Shown in pieces: positions 25,363-34,077 of a DNA stretch of 64,000 nt (its first letter is position 1; each line of letters opens with the position of its first letter). The position numbers and the translations under genes are program-made. Source of the DNA: a virus; the IMG/VR virus record IMGVR_UViG_3300023199_000051, positions 64,001-128,000 of that record; one strand, 5' to 3'. The notes below the pieces were generated by a model. That model saw only the letters and a program-made list of their open reading frames with translations, did no database searches and had not been told where the DNA came from.

Positions 25363-26793
25363 CTACTCGATGGTGATCATGCTGGCGATGTCAGCCAGCG
25401 ACAGCGCGCCTCCAGCTGGCTGCGCAGCCCCTGCCGGTGCGGGAGGTGGCTTGGGCTTGCGCGACTTGCGCTTCGACTTCGGCCGCCGCGACCTTCGCGT
25501 CGACTTGCGCTTCGACTTCCTGCGCGTTGGCTTCGGAGGTGGTTCTTCTTCGGCCACTTCGACCGCCTTCATGGCTCGGTTGAACACGCCCCTGACCTTG
25601 CTGGTCAGCCTGGCCTTCGACATGGACCGCTTGAGAGCGCCGCGACCGCGACCGCTCTTGCTGCCCAGGTAGGCGGCAGCCTTCGTCTCGTTCTTGCCGC
25701 CATCGGTGGCATCGAGGTAGGCCTGCACGGCCGGCGTGTGCTTCTTCGTCTTGCGCGTCTTCGTCTTGCGCTTCTTCGTCTTGCGCTTCTTCGTCTTGCG
25801 CTTCTTCTTCGGCGGCTCTGGTGCGGCCTCGGCCTTCTTGAAGAGCGCCTTGAGCTTGTTGTGCTCCGTGCGCTTGAGCCGCGCTGCAGCCGATCGCTTG
25901 AGCGCTGTGATGCGAGCACCGGAGAGCTTGGCCACGTAGGCCTCTGCTGTGCCTCGGATGACGGCGTTGAGGTACTTCCCCAGCGCTGTCTTCTTCCCTG
26001 GCTCCTTGCCCTTCTTCGTGAACGGCGTGTACTTGTTGGCCTTCTTCGCCTTGGACTTCTTGGCCTGGCGCTTCGTCTTGCGCTTCTTCGCCTTCTTGCC
26101 CGCAGCCTTCTTCACACGGGCCAGCACTTGCGCTTCGGTGCGCTGCTTGCGCGCGACACCCTTGGGCTTCTCGTAGACGGGCGGAAAGCTGCCCAGCCGC
26201 TTGGCACCACGGCCGTTGCCGACAATGAGGCCTGCGACGACCTCGAAGTCCTTGGACGTAGCGACGTACTTCTTTCCGACACGGACGCCGATCTTCGTCA
26301 GCTCCAGGGCGCCGTTACGGGCCTTGAGTCCGACCCTGTTGTTCTTGATGGCGGTCAGCAGGTCCGCCCAGCTGTTGCGGGCCGTGAGAGCCCGGAGACG
26401 CTTCTTGGCGCTCTTGCCTCCAGCAGCTGCCTTGCCTCGGACGATGGTGCCGTTGGCCTTCTTGATGTAGCCGCGCGGCAGCTCACGACACCGCGGGCCC
26501 AGCAGGCCAGACTTCGGTTCGATGTCGATCGAATCCATCGATCCGTCGAGGGCGTAGACGGCTCGGTCGCCACCACCTGTCTGATCGGTGAAGGTAGCAT
26601 CGACGATGAAGCCGGCCTCGTGGGCAGTCTGGATGTCCTCCTTGAGGACCTTCTGCGCCTCGCCCTTCTTGAGGAAGGTGACCTCGTTGGTCTCCTTCCC
26701 CAGCTCCGAGGTGAGCCGCCACTTCCAGCGCTTCTTGCCCTTGTACTGCCCCCGGTAAGGGGAGAGGGTGAGGATGATCTTGCGAGCAGCCAT
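25363..26793 (-). CDS. Lys/Arg-rich histone-H1-like basic protein A
   Basis: 476 aa; KKRKTKKRKTKKRKT repeats; GGAGACACCAC-ATG start context. Confidence 0.85.
   Translation of the reverse strand: MAARKIILTLSPYRGQYKGKKRWKWRLTSELGKETNEVTFLKKGEAQKVLKEDIQTAHEAGFIVDATFTDQTGGGDRAVYALDGSMDSIDIEPKSGLLGPRCRELPRGYIKKANGTIVRGKAAAGGKSAKKRLRALTARNSWADLLTAIKNNRVGLKARNGALELTKIGVRVGKKYVATSKDFEVVAGLIVGNGRGAKRLGSFPPVYEKPKGVARKQRTEAQVLARVKKAAGKKAKKRKTKRQAKKSKAKKANKYTPFTKKGKEPGKKTALGKYLNAVIRGTAEAYVAKLSGARITALKRSAAARLKRTEHNKLKALFKKAEAAPEPPKKKRKTKKRKTKKRKTKTRKTKKHTPAVQAYLDATDGGKNETKAAAYLGSKSGRGRGALKRSMSKARLTSKVRGVFNRAMKAVEVAEEEPPPKPTRRKSKRKSTRRSRRPKSKRKSRKPKPPPAPAGAAQPAGGALSLADIASMITIE
25741..25807. repeat. 15-bp tandem repeat (about 4.5 units) encoding KKRKT
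   Basis: (C[T/G]TCTTCGTCTTGCG)n. Confidence 0.9.
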
Positions 26794-26872
26794 GTGGTGT
26801 CTCCGGTTGAGAGGTGGCCAAGGGGCGTAGAGGAGAGGGGACTCGGTACGAACGCCGAGTCCCTACGCCTCC

Positions 26873-27886
26873 CTACCGAGGCATCGGCAGCTTCTTCGCT
26901 CCGGTCTTGGTCCTGGCCTTCTTCTTCTGCGCGTCGGAGAACTTGCCCCACTTCTTCTTCGCCTTCGTCATGGCGACCTTGTGGGACACGCCCTTCTTCG
27001 CCTTGACAGCCGCCACGTAGTTGTTCCACTGCTTGAGGGCAGGTGGCAGCTTGCGCTTGCCGCTCTTCTTCTTCTTGCGGCTCTTGCTCTTGCTCTTGCC
27101 AGTCAGGCTCGGCAGCGATGTCTTGGACGAGCGGCGCTTCGTTGTCTTGCGCTTGCGGGTCGACTTGCGCTTCGAGGAGCCCTTGACCATGCTTCCGGCT
27201 GCCTTGGCAGCCTTGATGGTCGTGATCTTGCCTCCCTTCTTCGCCCGCTTCCAGGTCGCGCTGACTTGCTTCCGGGTGGCTCCCTTGGCGTACGCTGCCT
27301 TGGAGAAGGCGGCGTAGCGCTTCTGGCCTGCGCTGCGCCCGCTGCGCTTGCTGCTCGACTTGCGCTTCGAGGTCTTCTTCTTGCTGCTCGACTTGCGCTT
27401 CGAGGTCTTCTTCTTCGGCAGGAGGCTCGACGCGGCGCCCTTGCCGCTCTTGTACTTCGCGTACTTCTTGCCGGCCTGCTTCTGGGTGTAGCCGCGCTTG
27501 GCCGCCATGGACCAGAACTTCGGCCACGACATCTTGCGCCCGCTGCCGCTGGTCTTCTTCTTGGACTTGCGCTTGCTGGACTTGCGCTTGCTGGACTTGC
27601 GCTTGCTCTTCGGGATCGACAGCGCCTCCGTCGTTGGCGCGCATCCCTTGACGGGTGTGTACTTGGTCTTGCTGACCACGTTGCCCTTCGCGTCCTTGAT
27701 GACAGCGGTGACGATGTAGTTCTCCGCCAGGAAGAGCTTGATGGACTTGGTCAGCTCGCGCTGGCACGACTTCTGGGACTTGCAGATCTGGGCTTCGTAT
27801 CCCGACCGAATCTCGTAGCCGGTCCGGCTGCCCTTGCTGTTGAATCGTGGGCCAGCGTAGATGGTGGCGGACTTGCGACGGGCCAT
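26873..27886 (-). CDS. Lys/Arg/Ser-rich histone-H1-like basic protein B
   Basis: 337 aa; KRKSS repeats (15-bp x3 at 27563-27607, 33-bp x2 at 27347-27412); GGAGGCACCAC-ATG. Confidence 0.85.
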   Translation of the reverse strand: MARRKSATIYAGPRFNSKGSRTGYEIRSGYEAQICKSQKSCQRELTKSIKLFLAENYIVTAVIKDAKGNVVSKTKYTPVKGCAPTTEALSIPKSKRKSSKRKSSKRKSKKKTSGSGRKMSWPKFWSMAAKRGYTQKQAGKKYAKYKSGKGAASSLLPKKKTSKRKSSSKKKTSKRKSSSKRSGRSAGQKRYAAFSKAAYAKGATRKQVSATWKRAKKGGKITTIKAAKAAGSMVKGSSKRKSTRKRKTTKRRSSKTSLPSLTGKSKSKSRKKKKSGKRKLPPALKQWNNYVAAVKAKKGVSHKVAMTKAKKKWGKFSDAQKKKARTKTGAKKLPMPR

Positions 27887-27927
27887 GTGGTGCCTCCGGC
27901 ATCAGAAACAGAGTAGTAGGTGCCGGA

Positions 27928-27956
27928 AGCATAGCGTGGGCACTGAGCCAAAGCAA
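27928..27956 (-). promoter_or_regulatory. sigma70-type promoter for the basic-protein genes
   Basis: TTGCTT-17 nt-TATGCT. Confidence 0.6.
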
Positions 27957-27964
27957 GCGATAAG

Positions 27965-28001
27965 CCGCGTAGTATGCGCCTTTTGGGCTCATACTACGCG
28001 G
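27965..28001 (-). terminator. Hairpin after 28021..28896
   Basis: CCGCGTAGTATG...CATACTACGCGG perfect 12-bp stem. Confidence 0.6.
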
Positions 28002-28020
28002 TGCACAATGCACCTTGCCT

Positions 28021-28896
28021 CTACCTCTGGGTGAGGTCCTGGAACACCTTGTGCGCCTCGCGGATGACGTGCGCGACGGCTGCTCCAAGCTGCTCAGGCG
28101 GCGCCTCTACCTGGGAGAGGATGTCCGGCTCGGGGTCCTCTTCGTCTCCAGCCAGGATCACTGCGACGCGGTAGCCGCCGTTGGTCTCCAAGGTGATGCC
28201 GATGTCCACGCCGGGCACAGCTTCTTGCGCAGCGGCGTGCAGATCGAGCCCCAGCTCGTCGAGAGCGCTGCCGAGATCACCCCCTTGCTGCGGAGCGCCG
28301 CCCGGCTGCGGTTGGCCCATGCGCTGAGGCTGAGCGCCCAGCTGAGGCGGACGCCCGGCAGCACCTTGCGGAGCTGCAGGCGTTCCCCCCTTACGCATCA
28401 TGGCACCCAGCATCCCCATCGGGTTGCCACTGCCGCCCATGCCACCCATCATACTCATCATGTTGGCACCTGGACCGCCCCCCGGACTGCCGCCTGGAGC
28501 GGGACCGGGCATACCACCTGGGGCACGACCGGGCATGCCGCTCATCTGCGGCGACGGCGCAGCAGAGGGGGTCCCTACTGGGATCGGCCGGCCTGCACCC
28601 GCGTCGAGGGGAGGCCCCACGAAGGGGAGGCCCGAGCTACCTGCAGCTGGGGGTGCCTGCGGTGGGGCCTGATGCCCATGCTGCTGGGGCGCAGTTACTT
28701 GCGGATGGACGTGAGGTGGCAACTTCGGTGCACCTTGCTGCGGTGCACCTGTGACTGCCTCACCGAGGATCGCGCCCACCTGTGCGAAGTCCACATCCTC
28801 GCCGCGGGCCATCTTGCCCAGCTGGTCGAGCAATGCTCCGCTGTTGGCGCCGATTCTCTCGGCGTTCGATTGACTGAGTTCTGGAAGGTCGGACAT
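28021..28896 (-). CDS. Pro/Gly/Gln/Met-rich low-complexity protein
   Basis: 291 aa; folded-looking termini around a PGGAPG/MMGGMGG linker. Confidence 0.75.
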   Translation of the reverse strand: MSDLPELSQSNAERIGANSGALLDQLGKMARGEDVDFAQVGAILGEAVTGAPQQGAPKLPPHVHPQVTAPQQHGHQAPPQAPPAAGSSGLPFVGPPLDAGAGRPIPVGTPSAAPSPQMSGMPGRAPGGMPGPAPGGSPGGGPGANMMSMMGGMGGSGNPMGMLGAMMRKGGTPAAPQGAAGRPPQLGAQPQRMGQPQPGGAPQQGGDLGSALDELGLDLHAAAQEAVPGVDIGITLETNGGYRVAVILAGDEEDPEPDILSQVEAPPEQLGAAVAHVIREAHKVFQDLTQR

Positions 28897-28931
28897 CGGA
28901 TACCTCTCAATGAGGGTTCAAGACAGGCCCG

Positions 28932-29183
28932 CTACTCGGGCTCGATGATGGAGAACACGTTGACTGGCGGGGTTCCACGCTGAGGGCGCTCTTCGCTCTC
29001 CAGCAACCCCTCGTCGACCAGCGTCCGGCAGATTCGCCGGACGTAGCTTTCCTCCATTCCCAGCTCGGCAGCCATCGCGCCAGCGCTGGGAATGAGTAGC
29101 TTCTCGGATCGGAGCAGGTTTGCGATGCGTACGCCGGTGACGACGCCAGATCGCCTGGTTCGTTTCTTTCGGCCTTGGGCCAT
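28932..29183 (-). CDS. Small winged helix-turn-helix protein
   Basis: PSAGAMAAELGMEESYVRRICRTLVDEGLL; AAGAGG SD before ATG 29183. Confidence 0.7.
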   Translation of the reverse strand: MAQGRKKRTRRSGVVTGVRIANLLRSEKLLIPSAGAMAAELGMEESYVRRICRTLVDEGLLESEERPQRGTPPVNVFSIIEPE

Positions 29184-29199
29184 GAACACCCTCTTCGCT

Positions 29200-29919
29200 T
29201 CAACGGTTCGTGAAGATGTCCCCTACTTCCTGCATGATCTTGGCGGCGCGTCCCACGGCGTCTCTGGCGTCGGTGATGACGTCAGACCATGGAAGCTCTG
29301 GAGTGTTCGTGTTGGTGTCTGGCTCGGTGATGTTTTGCACCACGTCGCGAGTGTACTCTACCCGATTCCGGGTGTTTTGCACCCGTTGTCCTAGAGGTTG
29401 AAGGACCTCCAAGGCCGCATCCGCAACTTCTAGCAGGTCGTCAGCTTTGGCTGGGACGCAGTTACTAGCAGCTTCATCGCTGAGCAGAAGGACAGCAGCA
29501 GCCTCATCAAGCTCTCGCTCCGTGTCAGGATCTTCACGATCCTCATTGCGGCGATCTAGCATCAGGAGTGACAGCGAGCGGGCAAACCGGAGCGAGCTGA
29601 CACGCTGTAGGTACTGGTGCCCAGTGAACGAGGAGCGTGGGAGCAGCTCGGGGCGCCTCCCGAGACGACGCAGCAGGTACCGCCACTGCCGTACCAGGCC
29701 AGCTTGTGGCCCCCCGGCCTGCGATGCGATGGTCGTGTCCAGTGCGAGCAGAGCTGCGGTGTAGTCGTCCTTGAGATCAGGACCACCTGCCTCATCCCAC
29801 AGCTCCTGCGCGACTCGGATTCGATCCGACCAGTCAACGAACCCCGCTTCTTCAGCTTTCCGAGCGGTGAGCGTGAAGGCATACCGGATCTTCATGTTGA
29901 GGCCGGGCTCGTAGCTCAC
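29200..29919 (-). CDS. Hypothetical helical protein (239 aa)
   Basis: Long co-oriented ORF, tight spacing to neighbours. Confidence 0.7.
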   Translation of the reverse strand: MSYEPGLNMKIRYAFTLTARKAEEAGFVDWSDRIRVAQELWDEAGGPDLKDDYTAALLALDTTIASQAGGPQAGLVRQWRYLLRRLGRRPELLPRSSFTGHQYLQRVSSLRFARSLSLLMLDRRNEDREDPDTERELDEAAAVLLLSDEAASNCVPAKADDLLEVADAALEVLQPLGQRVQNTRNRVEYTRDVVQNITEPDTNTNTPELPWSDVITDARDAVGRAAKIMQEVGDIFTNR

Positions 29920-29931
29920 TGGTGCTCCTAT

Positions 29932-31347
29932 CTACAGGTGCACCTGGTAGCCATCACTGTCGATGAACACTGCTCCTGCTTCGTCGGTAGGATCATCGTA
30001 GTCCATCGCGTACTCGGCATCCTCCTCGATGACCATGTTGTCGTTGCCGTCGAAGCCCTGGACGATGATCGACTCGCCCGGCTTGATGGCAGTCTTGAAG
30101 GGGCCTTCCTTGAGGCGCTTGCGGAGCTTGATCATCTTGGCGACACCAGAGCCAGCCTTGACGGCTAGTGGAATGAGGGCGCCTGATGCATCCTCCTCGA
30201 CCGGGTCGAGCTTCCAGGCAGGCTCCTCAGCGGTCCCCACGTTGGTCACCTTGACCGGGTACCCTCGCTTGACACGCAGCTCGACAGCTGGCGCAAGCTC
30301 CTGCGTGACCCAGGGCTTGCGGAACAGCTTGACGAGCCCTTCCCCGACGCCCCCCGAGTCCTTGATCTTCTCCCCGAGCTTCTGGAACATCTTGCCCTTG
30401 AACAGGCCCTTGCGCTCACTCGTGTTCTTGCTCTGCCGCTTGGACTTCTTCCGAAAGAGGCGCTTGAGGAAGCCGACTGCCTCTTCGTCTTCAGCATCTG
30501 CTGCGATGTAGCCCTCATCGTCAACGTCCAGTCCTCCGATGACGCCGTCCACATAGGTCTCCGGCAGCGTGCCATCCTCTAGGCCCTCGGTGACCAGGTA
30601 CTCCAGCTCTTCGGGTGTGATGGCACCTGCGCGGAACAGAGGCTTGCGATGTTCCTTCTTCCAACCGCGCCACTGCCGACGCAGGCCCTTCCTCTTCTGC
30701 CTGCTCTTGCGCCTCTTCCGTGCCTTGCGGCGCTTCTTACGGAGCCTCTTCCCGCGCCGCTGGAGACGCTTGATCTTCTTGGGCTTGCCGGGCTTGCGTG
30801 CTGGTCTCTGCATGGCACCGCCGCCGCGCGTGGGCCTCTGCATGGCAGCGTCACCACCGCGTGTAGGCCGCTGCATGGCACCATCCATGGAGCGCCGCTG
30901 CTTGAGCTTCTTCGGTTGGTTGGCGCTACGGGACGGCCTCTGCATGGCACCGTCCAGGGATCGCCTCTGGTCGAGCTTCCTCGGGCCCCTCCTACCACGC
31001 GGGGAGTGCGGGCCATCGAGGTGCCTCCCACCGAGGCGCTTGCCGCCAAACCGCCGTCGCTGAGGCCGCTGCATCGCACCACCGTCACGAGGGTCCCTCG
31101 GCACCTCGTAGGTCTCCCAGGCATACTGCTGCTCGCCTGGGATCACCTCTTCGATGATCTCCTCCTCGACGTACTGCGGCTGCCGTGGCTGCGAAGGGTA
31201 GAAGAAGGAAGATCTAGCAGCTGGCTTCGGCTTCGGAGCACATCCATGGAGCTTGCCCGTCTTCAGGAGGCAGTCTCGCTCGGCTTGCGTCTTGGCACGA
31301 GCCAGCATGGCAGGGTTGACTTGGCCGATGGTGATGCGGTCGCTCAT
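29932..31347 (-). CDS. Acidic/basic segmented protein with (G/A)AMQRPxR repeats
   Basis: Start MSDRITIG at 31347; five AMQRP units; K/R block; EDEEAVG-FLKRLFRKK. Confidence 0.8.
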   Translation of the reverse strand: MSDRITIGQVNPAMLARAKTQAERDCLLKTGKLHGCAPKPKPAARSSFFYPSQPRQPQYVEEEIIEEVIPGEQQYAWETYEVPRDPRDGGAMQRPQRRRFGGKRLGGRHLDGPHSPRGRRGPRKLDQRRSLDGAMQRPSRSANQPKKLKQRRSMDGAMQRPTRGGDAAMQRPTRGGGAMQRPARKPGKPKKIKRLQRRGKRLRKKRRKARKRRKSRQKRKGLRRQWRGWKKEHRKPLFRAGAITPEELEYLVTEGLEDGTLPETYVDGVIGGLDVDDEGYIAADAEDEEAVGFLKRLFRKKSKRQSKNTSERKGLFKGKMFQKLGEKIKDSGGVGEGLVKLFRKPWVTQELAPAVELRVKRGYPVKVTNVGTAEEPAWKLDPVEEDASGALIPLAVKAGSGVAKMIKLRKRLKEGPFKTAIKPGESIIVQGFDGNDNMVIEEDAEYAMDYDDPTDEAGAVFIDSDGYQVHL

Positions 31348-31402
31348 GGTGTGGTGCTCTCGGATCGTGGTGTGCGGGCAGGGGTGAGCTGCCATCTACA
31401 AC

Positions 31403-31780
31403 CTAGCATCCACAACCGTTCGTGCCGAATCCATCAGCGAAGCCGCCCCGGTTGGCGTAGCGCCAGCCGTGGCGCCAGGTCCGGTAGAGCGGACCACCTG
31501 GTAGGTAAGGTCGGCGGGTGTGGTGAGGTTGCTCATATGCGACGTAGTGGTTGGAGGGGACATTGACAGGCAGCTTCATCCCCAGGATCTGCGCTGGGTT
31601 CGATCGCTTCACGTACACAGGCACGCTGAGGTGCCTGGTGAGCATGATCCCCTCACCCGGCTCGGGGTCGGTGAGGTACACCACCAACCGCTGCCTTCCG
31701 ATGCCCACAGCTGTGAGGCGCGGGTCATCGGCATAGGCCTCGATGAGCAGGTCACGGGCGTCGGCAAGTGTGCGGCTCAT
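31403..31780 (-). CDS. Hypothetical protein (125 aa)
   Basis: DPRLTAVGIG..LVVYL; coupled to neighbours. Confidence 0.7.
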   Translation of the reverse strand: MSRTLADARDLLIEAYADDPRLTAVGIGRQRLVVYLTDPEPGEGIMLTRHLSVPVYVKRSNPAQILGMKLPVNVPSNHYVAYEQPHHTRRPYLPGGPLYRTWRHGWRYANRGGFADGFGTNGCGC

Positions 31781-32334
31781 CCCGAGAAGTCTCCGAAGGC
31801 ACCACGAAAAGCGAAAGTGTTGCGGGGTGCCCCGAAGGGTGTTCGTGGGGGCAGGTAGTCCGGCGGGAAGTCAGTGTAGGCGTGACGCTGGCCGCTGCGC
31901 CATGGGACAGCTCGTGTCTGAGGCTCATGGAGCTTCTTGTTGAGGAAGCCGCTGATACGAGGCTTTCTGTTGATGCCGAAGTAGGGCATTAGCGCAGGCC
32001 GGTAGGGGCCGCCCTCAGGCTCTGGCTCGTTGTATGGCTTGCTGGCCCAGGGAGGCACCATGAAGGCGGGGACGGGCACCTGCGGAGCGAACTTGGTAGG
32101 CGCCAAGCCTTCCCCACGCGTCCCATGCGTCCATGCCAGCCGCACCCTGCGGCCCAGCACCGGATCAGTGGCGCTGATGGGGGCCTTGCGGAGCCACACG
32201 GGGACGTAGCTTCGGATCTTGTCCTGGTAGGTCCGCACCCCACCAGGGTCACGGGACTCACCAGCCCGTAGCGCCTTGGCAAACAAGCGGTACTGGTGGA
32301 TGGGGATGGAGTTGACCCACCCGACAACACTCAC
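31777..32334 (-). CDS. Hypothetical Pro-rich protein (185 aa)
   Basis: GTGA overlap with 32331 stop gives start MSVVGWVNS. Confidence 0.7.
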   Translation of the reverse strand: MSVVGWVNSIPIHQYRLFAKALRAGESRDPGGVRTYQDKIRSYVPVWLRKAPISATDPVLGRRVRLAWTHGTRGEGLAPTKFAPQVPVPAFMVPPWASKPYNEPEPEGGPYRPALMPYFGINRKPRISGFLNKKLHEPQTRAVPWRSGQRHAYTDFPPDYLPPRTPFGAPRNTFAFRGAFGDFSG

Positions 32335-32618
32335 CGTAGCCCCCACTTCCAAGGACGCACCTGCTGCACGGCCTGCTTGCGCACGACCATGAAGCCTCTG
32401 AAGGTCAAGGGGAGTGAGGCATGGCTGACTCCCTTGACATAGACGATGAGGCACGGTCCGGTGAACATGGCATTGCGCCGGCCGTGGTTGCTGCGCTCTG
32501 CGATCACCTTGACGACGCCAGGGTACTTCGACCGCAAGCGCCCGTGGAGCACTTGAGCTGCCTGCCGTGCCTTCCTCAGCTCGATGTCAGGCATCGAGAA
32601 GGTCATGCCTGGAAACAT
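32331..32618 (-). CDS. Hypothetical protein (95 aa)
   Basis: GAGGT SD; KYPGV..CLIVYV..LP..F.G. Confidence 0.7.
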   Translation of the reverse strand: MFPGMTFSMPDIELRKARQAAQVLHGRLRSKYPGVVKVIAERSNHGRRNAMFTGPCLIVYVKGVSHASLPLTFRGFMVVRKQAVQQVRPWKWGLR

Positions 32619-32660
32619 CGGTACCTCCTATGAACACCTAGTGGAGAGAGGAGGAAGCAA

Positions 32661-33101
32661 TCACGCCCAATAGGGCGATGGCTCGATGCTGGTGAAGCCC
32701 TGCTGGGAGAGCACGTCCTCGGCCACCTGTGGGTTGCCTGTGAACATGACGCCGAGCCTGTCGGGGCCGCTGGCAAGCGCCACCTGGACACCAGCCCCCC
32801 GTGCTGCCATCTCGGCCTTGCTAGCCTTGCCCCACACATCGTTGTGGGTGTCGGGGGGGAACACGACCAGTGCGTGCTCTCCCTCCAGGATCTCGGTCTG
32901 GACAGACGGGACGCCTGCTCGCTTCATGTCGCCTGCGTAGCGGGCAGCTGCGGCACGGGCCGAGCCGAGCGCGCCGACGCCGTCGACCTTGGGGGACGCG
33001 GGGACACCCCCCCGGAACGAGTCGAGCCAGGACAGGCCCGCAATAGCGGCGACTCCGGTGAGGGCAAGGACGACGCCTTGCTCGGTGTTGGTCTTGAACA
33101 T
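32661..33101 (-). CDS. N-terminally membrane-anchored protein (146 aa)
   Basis: CTGGAG SD before ATG 33101; GVVLALTGVAAIAGLSWL. Confidence 0.75.
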   Translation of the reverse strand: MFKTNTEQGVVLALTGVAAIAGLSWLDSFRGGVPASPKVDGVGALGSARAAAARYAGDMKRAGVPSVQTEILEGEHALVVFPPDTHNDVWGKASKAEMAARGAGVQVALASGPDRLGVMFTGNPQVAEDVLSQQGFTSIEPSPYWA

Positions 33102-33120
33102 GGTGAACTCCAGTTGTTGT

Positions 33121-34071
33121 CTACAGGGCGCGGCCCTGAGCACGTCTCTTCTTTGCGTAGTTGAGGTACCAGTCTGGGACGGGCATCCCCAAGCGTACCG
33201 ATGGATCATCGTACACGGGGGCATCGAACTTCGGCCCTCCGAGGTACCCGTCGACACGAACGAGGGCATGGAACAGTCGTCCGCCCTTCTTGCCACCTGC
33301 GAACTGTTCGGGCTTCTCGATGGGGCGCGTGTCCACATGCGCATCGAATCCCTGCAGCATCAGCTCCCCAGCGCGGTAGGCTGCCAAGCCTTCGCAGTCA
33401 TCCTGACCCTGCGACAGGATCTCCTCAGCGTCCCACCACTTCTCGGGGGTGCCTTCTGTGCTGTACTTGACGTTGGTCTTGTACAGCGGAGGGAGCCCCT
33501 GGGTCTCGATACGCCTGGCGTTGTGGCGTGCGATGGCGTCTCCGATCTCCCGAACCGGGAGCGCCTTGTCATCGTCGAGGGACAGGTACATGTACTCGGT
33601 CACGCGGCCCTTGGTCGGCTGCGTGGTTGCACCGACTACGCCAGGACGGTAGTCGGCAGGCCGCCCGAACTGCACAGACGGATCGTCGAGCACGACCGAT
33701 GGGCTGCGCGCTGAGCCACCTACGATGGTGGCCACCTGAGGGACACCACTGACCAGTGCAACGACTGCCTTGGCGCCCTTGGCTCGCTCCTCGGCCGCCC
33801 TCCACGCAGCCAAGGTGCCCGCTGAGGCCTTCCCCGTGCGAAGAGCGGTGAGTGAATCACGCCACACAGGCGCTTCATCATAGGCGAGCGAGACGTCGTC
33901 CAGGTTCGGGACCTTTCCTTCTTGGATGGAACGAACGTTGCGGGTGATGAGCCCGTTCATCACGTCTGCGAGTGCTTTCTCCCCCCCGTGCAGGGTGAGG
34001 AGCACACGCATGCGCCCTGCCTTCTGCGGAAGGGGAGGGAGTGTTCCGATGATGTCTGCTGGATTGGCCAC
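33121..34071 (-). CDS. Transglutaminase-fold cysteine protease (active C-terminal domain plus degenerate N-terminal copy)
   Basis: GQDDCEGLAAYRA (Cys), LFHALV (His), YDDPS (Asp). Confidence 0.75.
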   Translation of the reverse strand: MANPADIIGTLPPLPQKAGRMRVLLTLHGGEKALADVMNGLITRNVRSIQEGKVPNLDDVSLAYDEAPVWRDSLTALRTGKASAGTLAAWRAAEERAKGAKAVVALVSGVPQVATIVGGSARSPSVVLDDPSVQFGRPADYRPGVVGATTQPTKGRVTEYMYLSLDDDKALPVREIGDAIARHNARRIETQGLPPLYKTNVKYSTEGTPEKWWDAEEILSQGQDDCEGLAAYRAGELMLQGFDAHVDTRPIEKPEQFAGGKKGGRLFHALVRVDGYLGGPKFDAPVYDDPSVRLGMPVPDWYLNYAKKRRAQGRAL

Positions 34072-34077
34072 CGCGAT

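Noticed and set aside
23181-28088. Long ORFs 23181..24731+, 25738..27006+ and 26355..28088-
   Set aside because: Antisense or alternate-frame shadows of the DarB-like and K/R-rich genes
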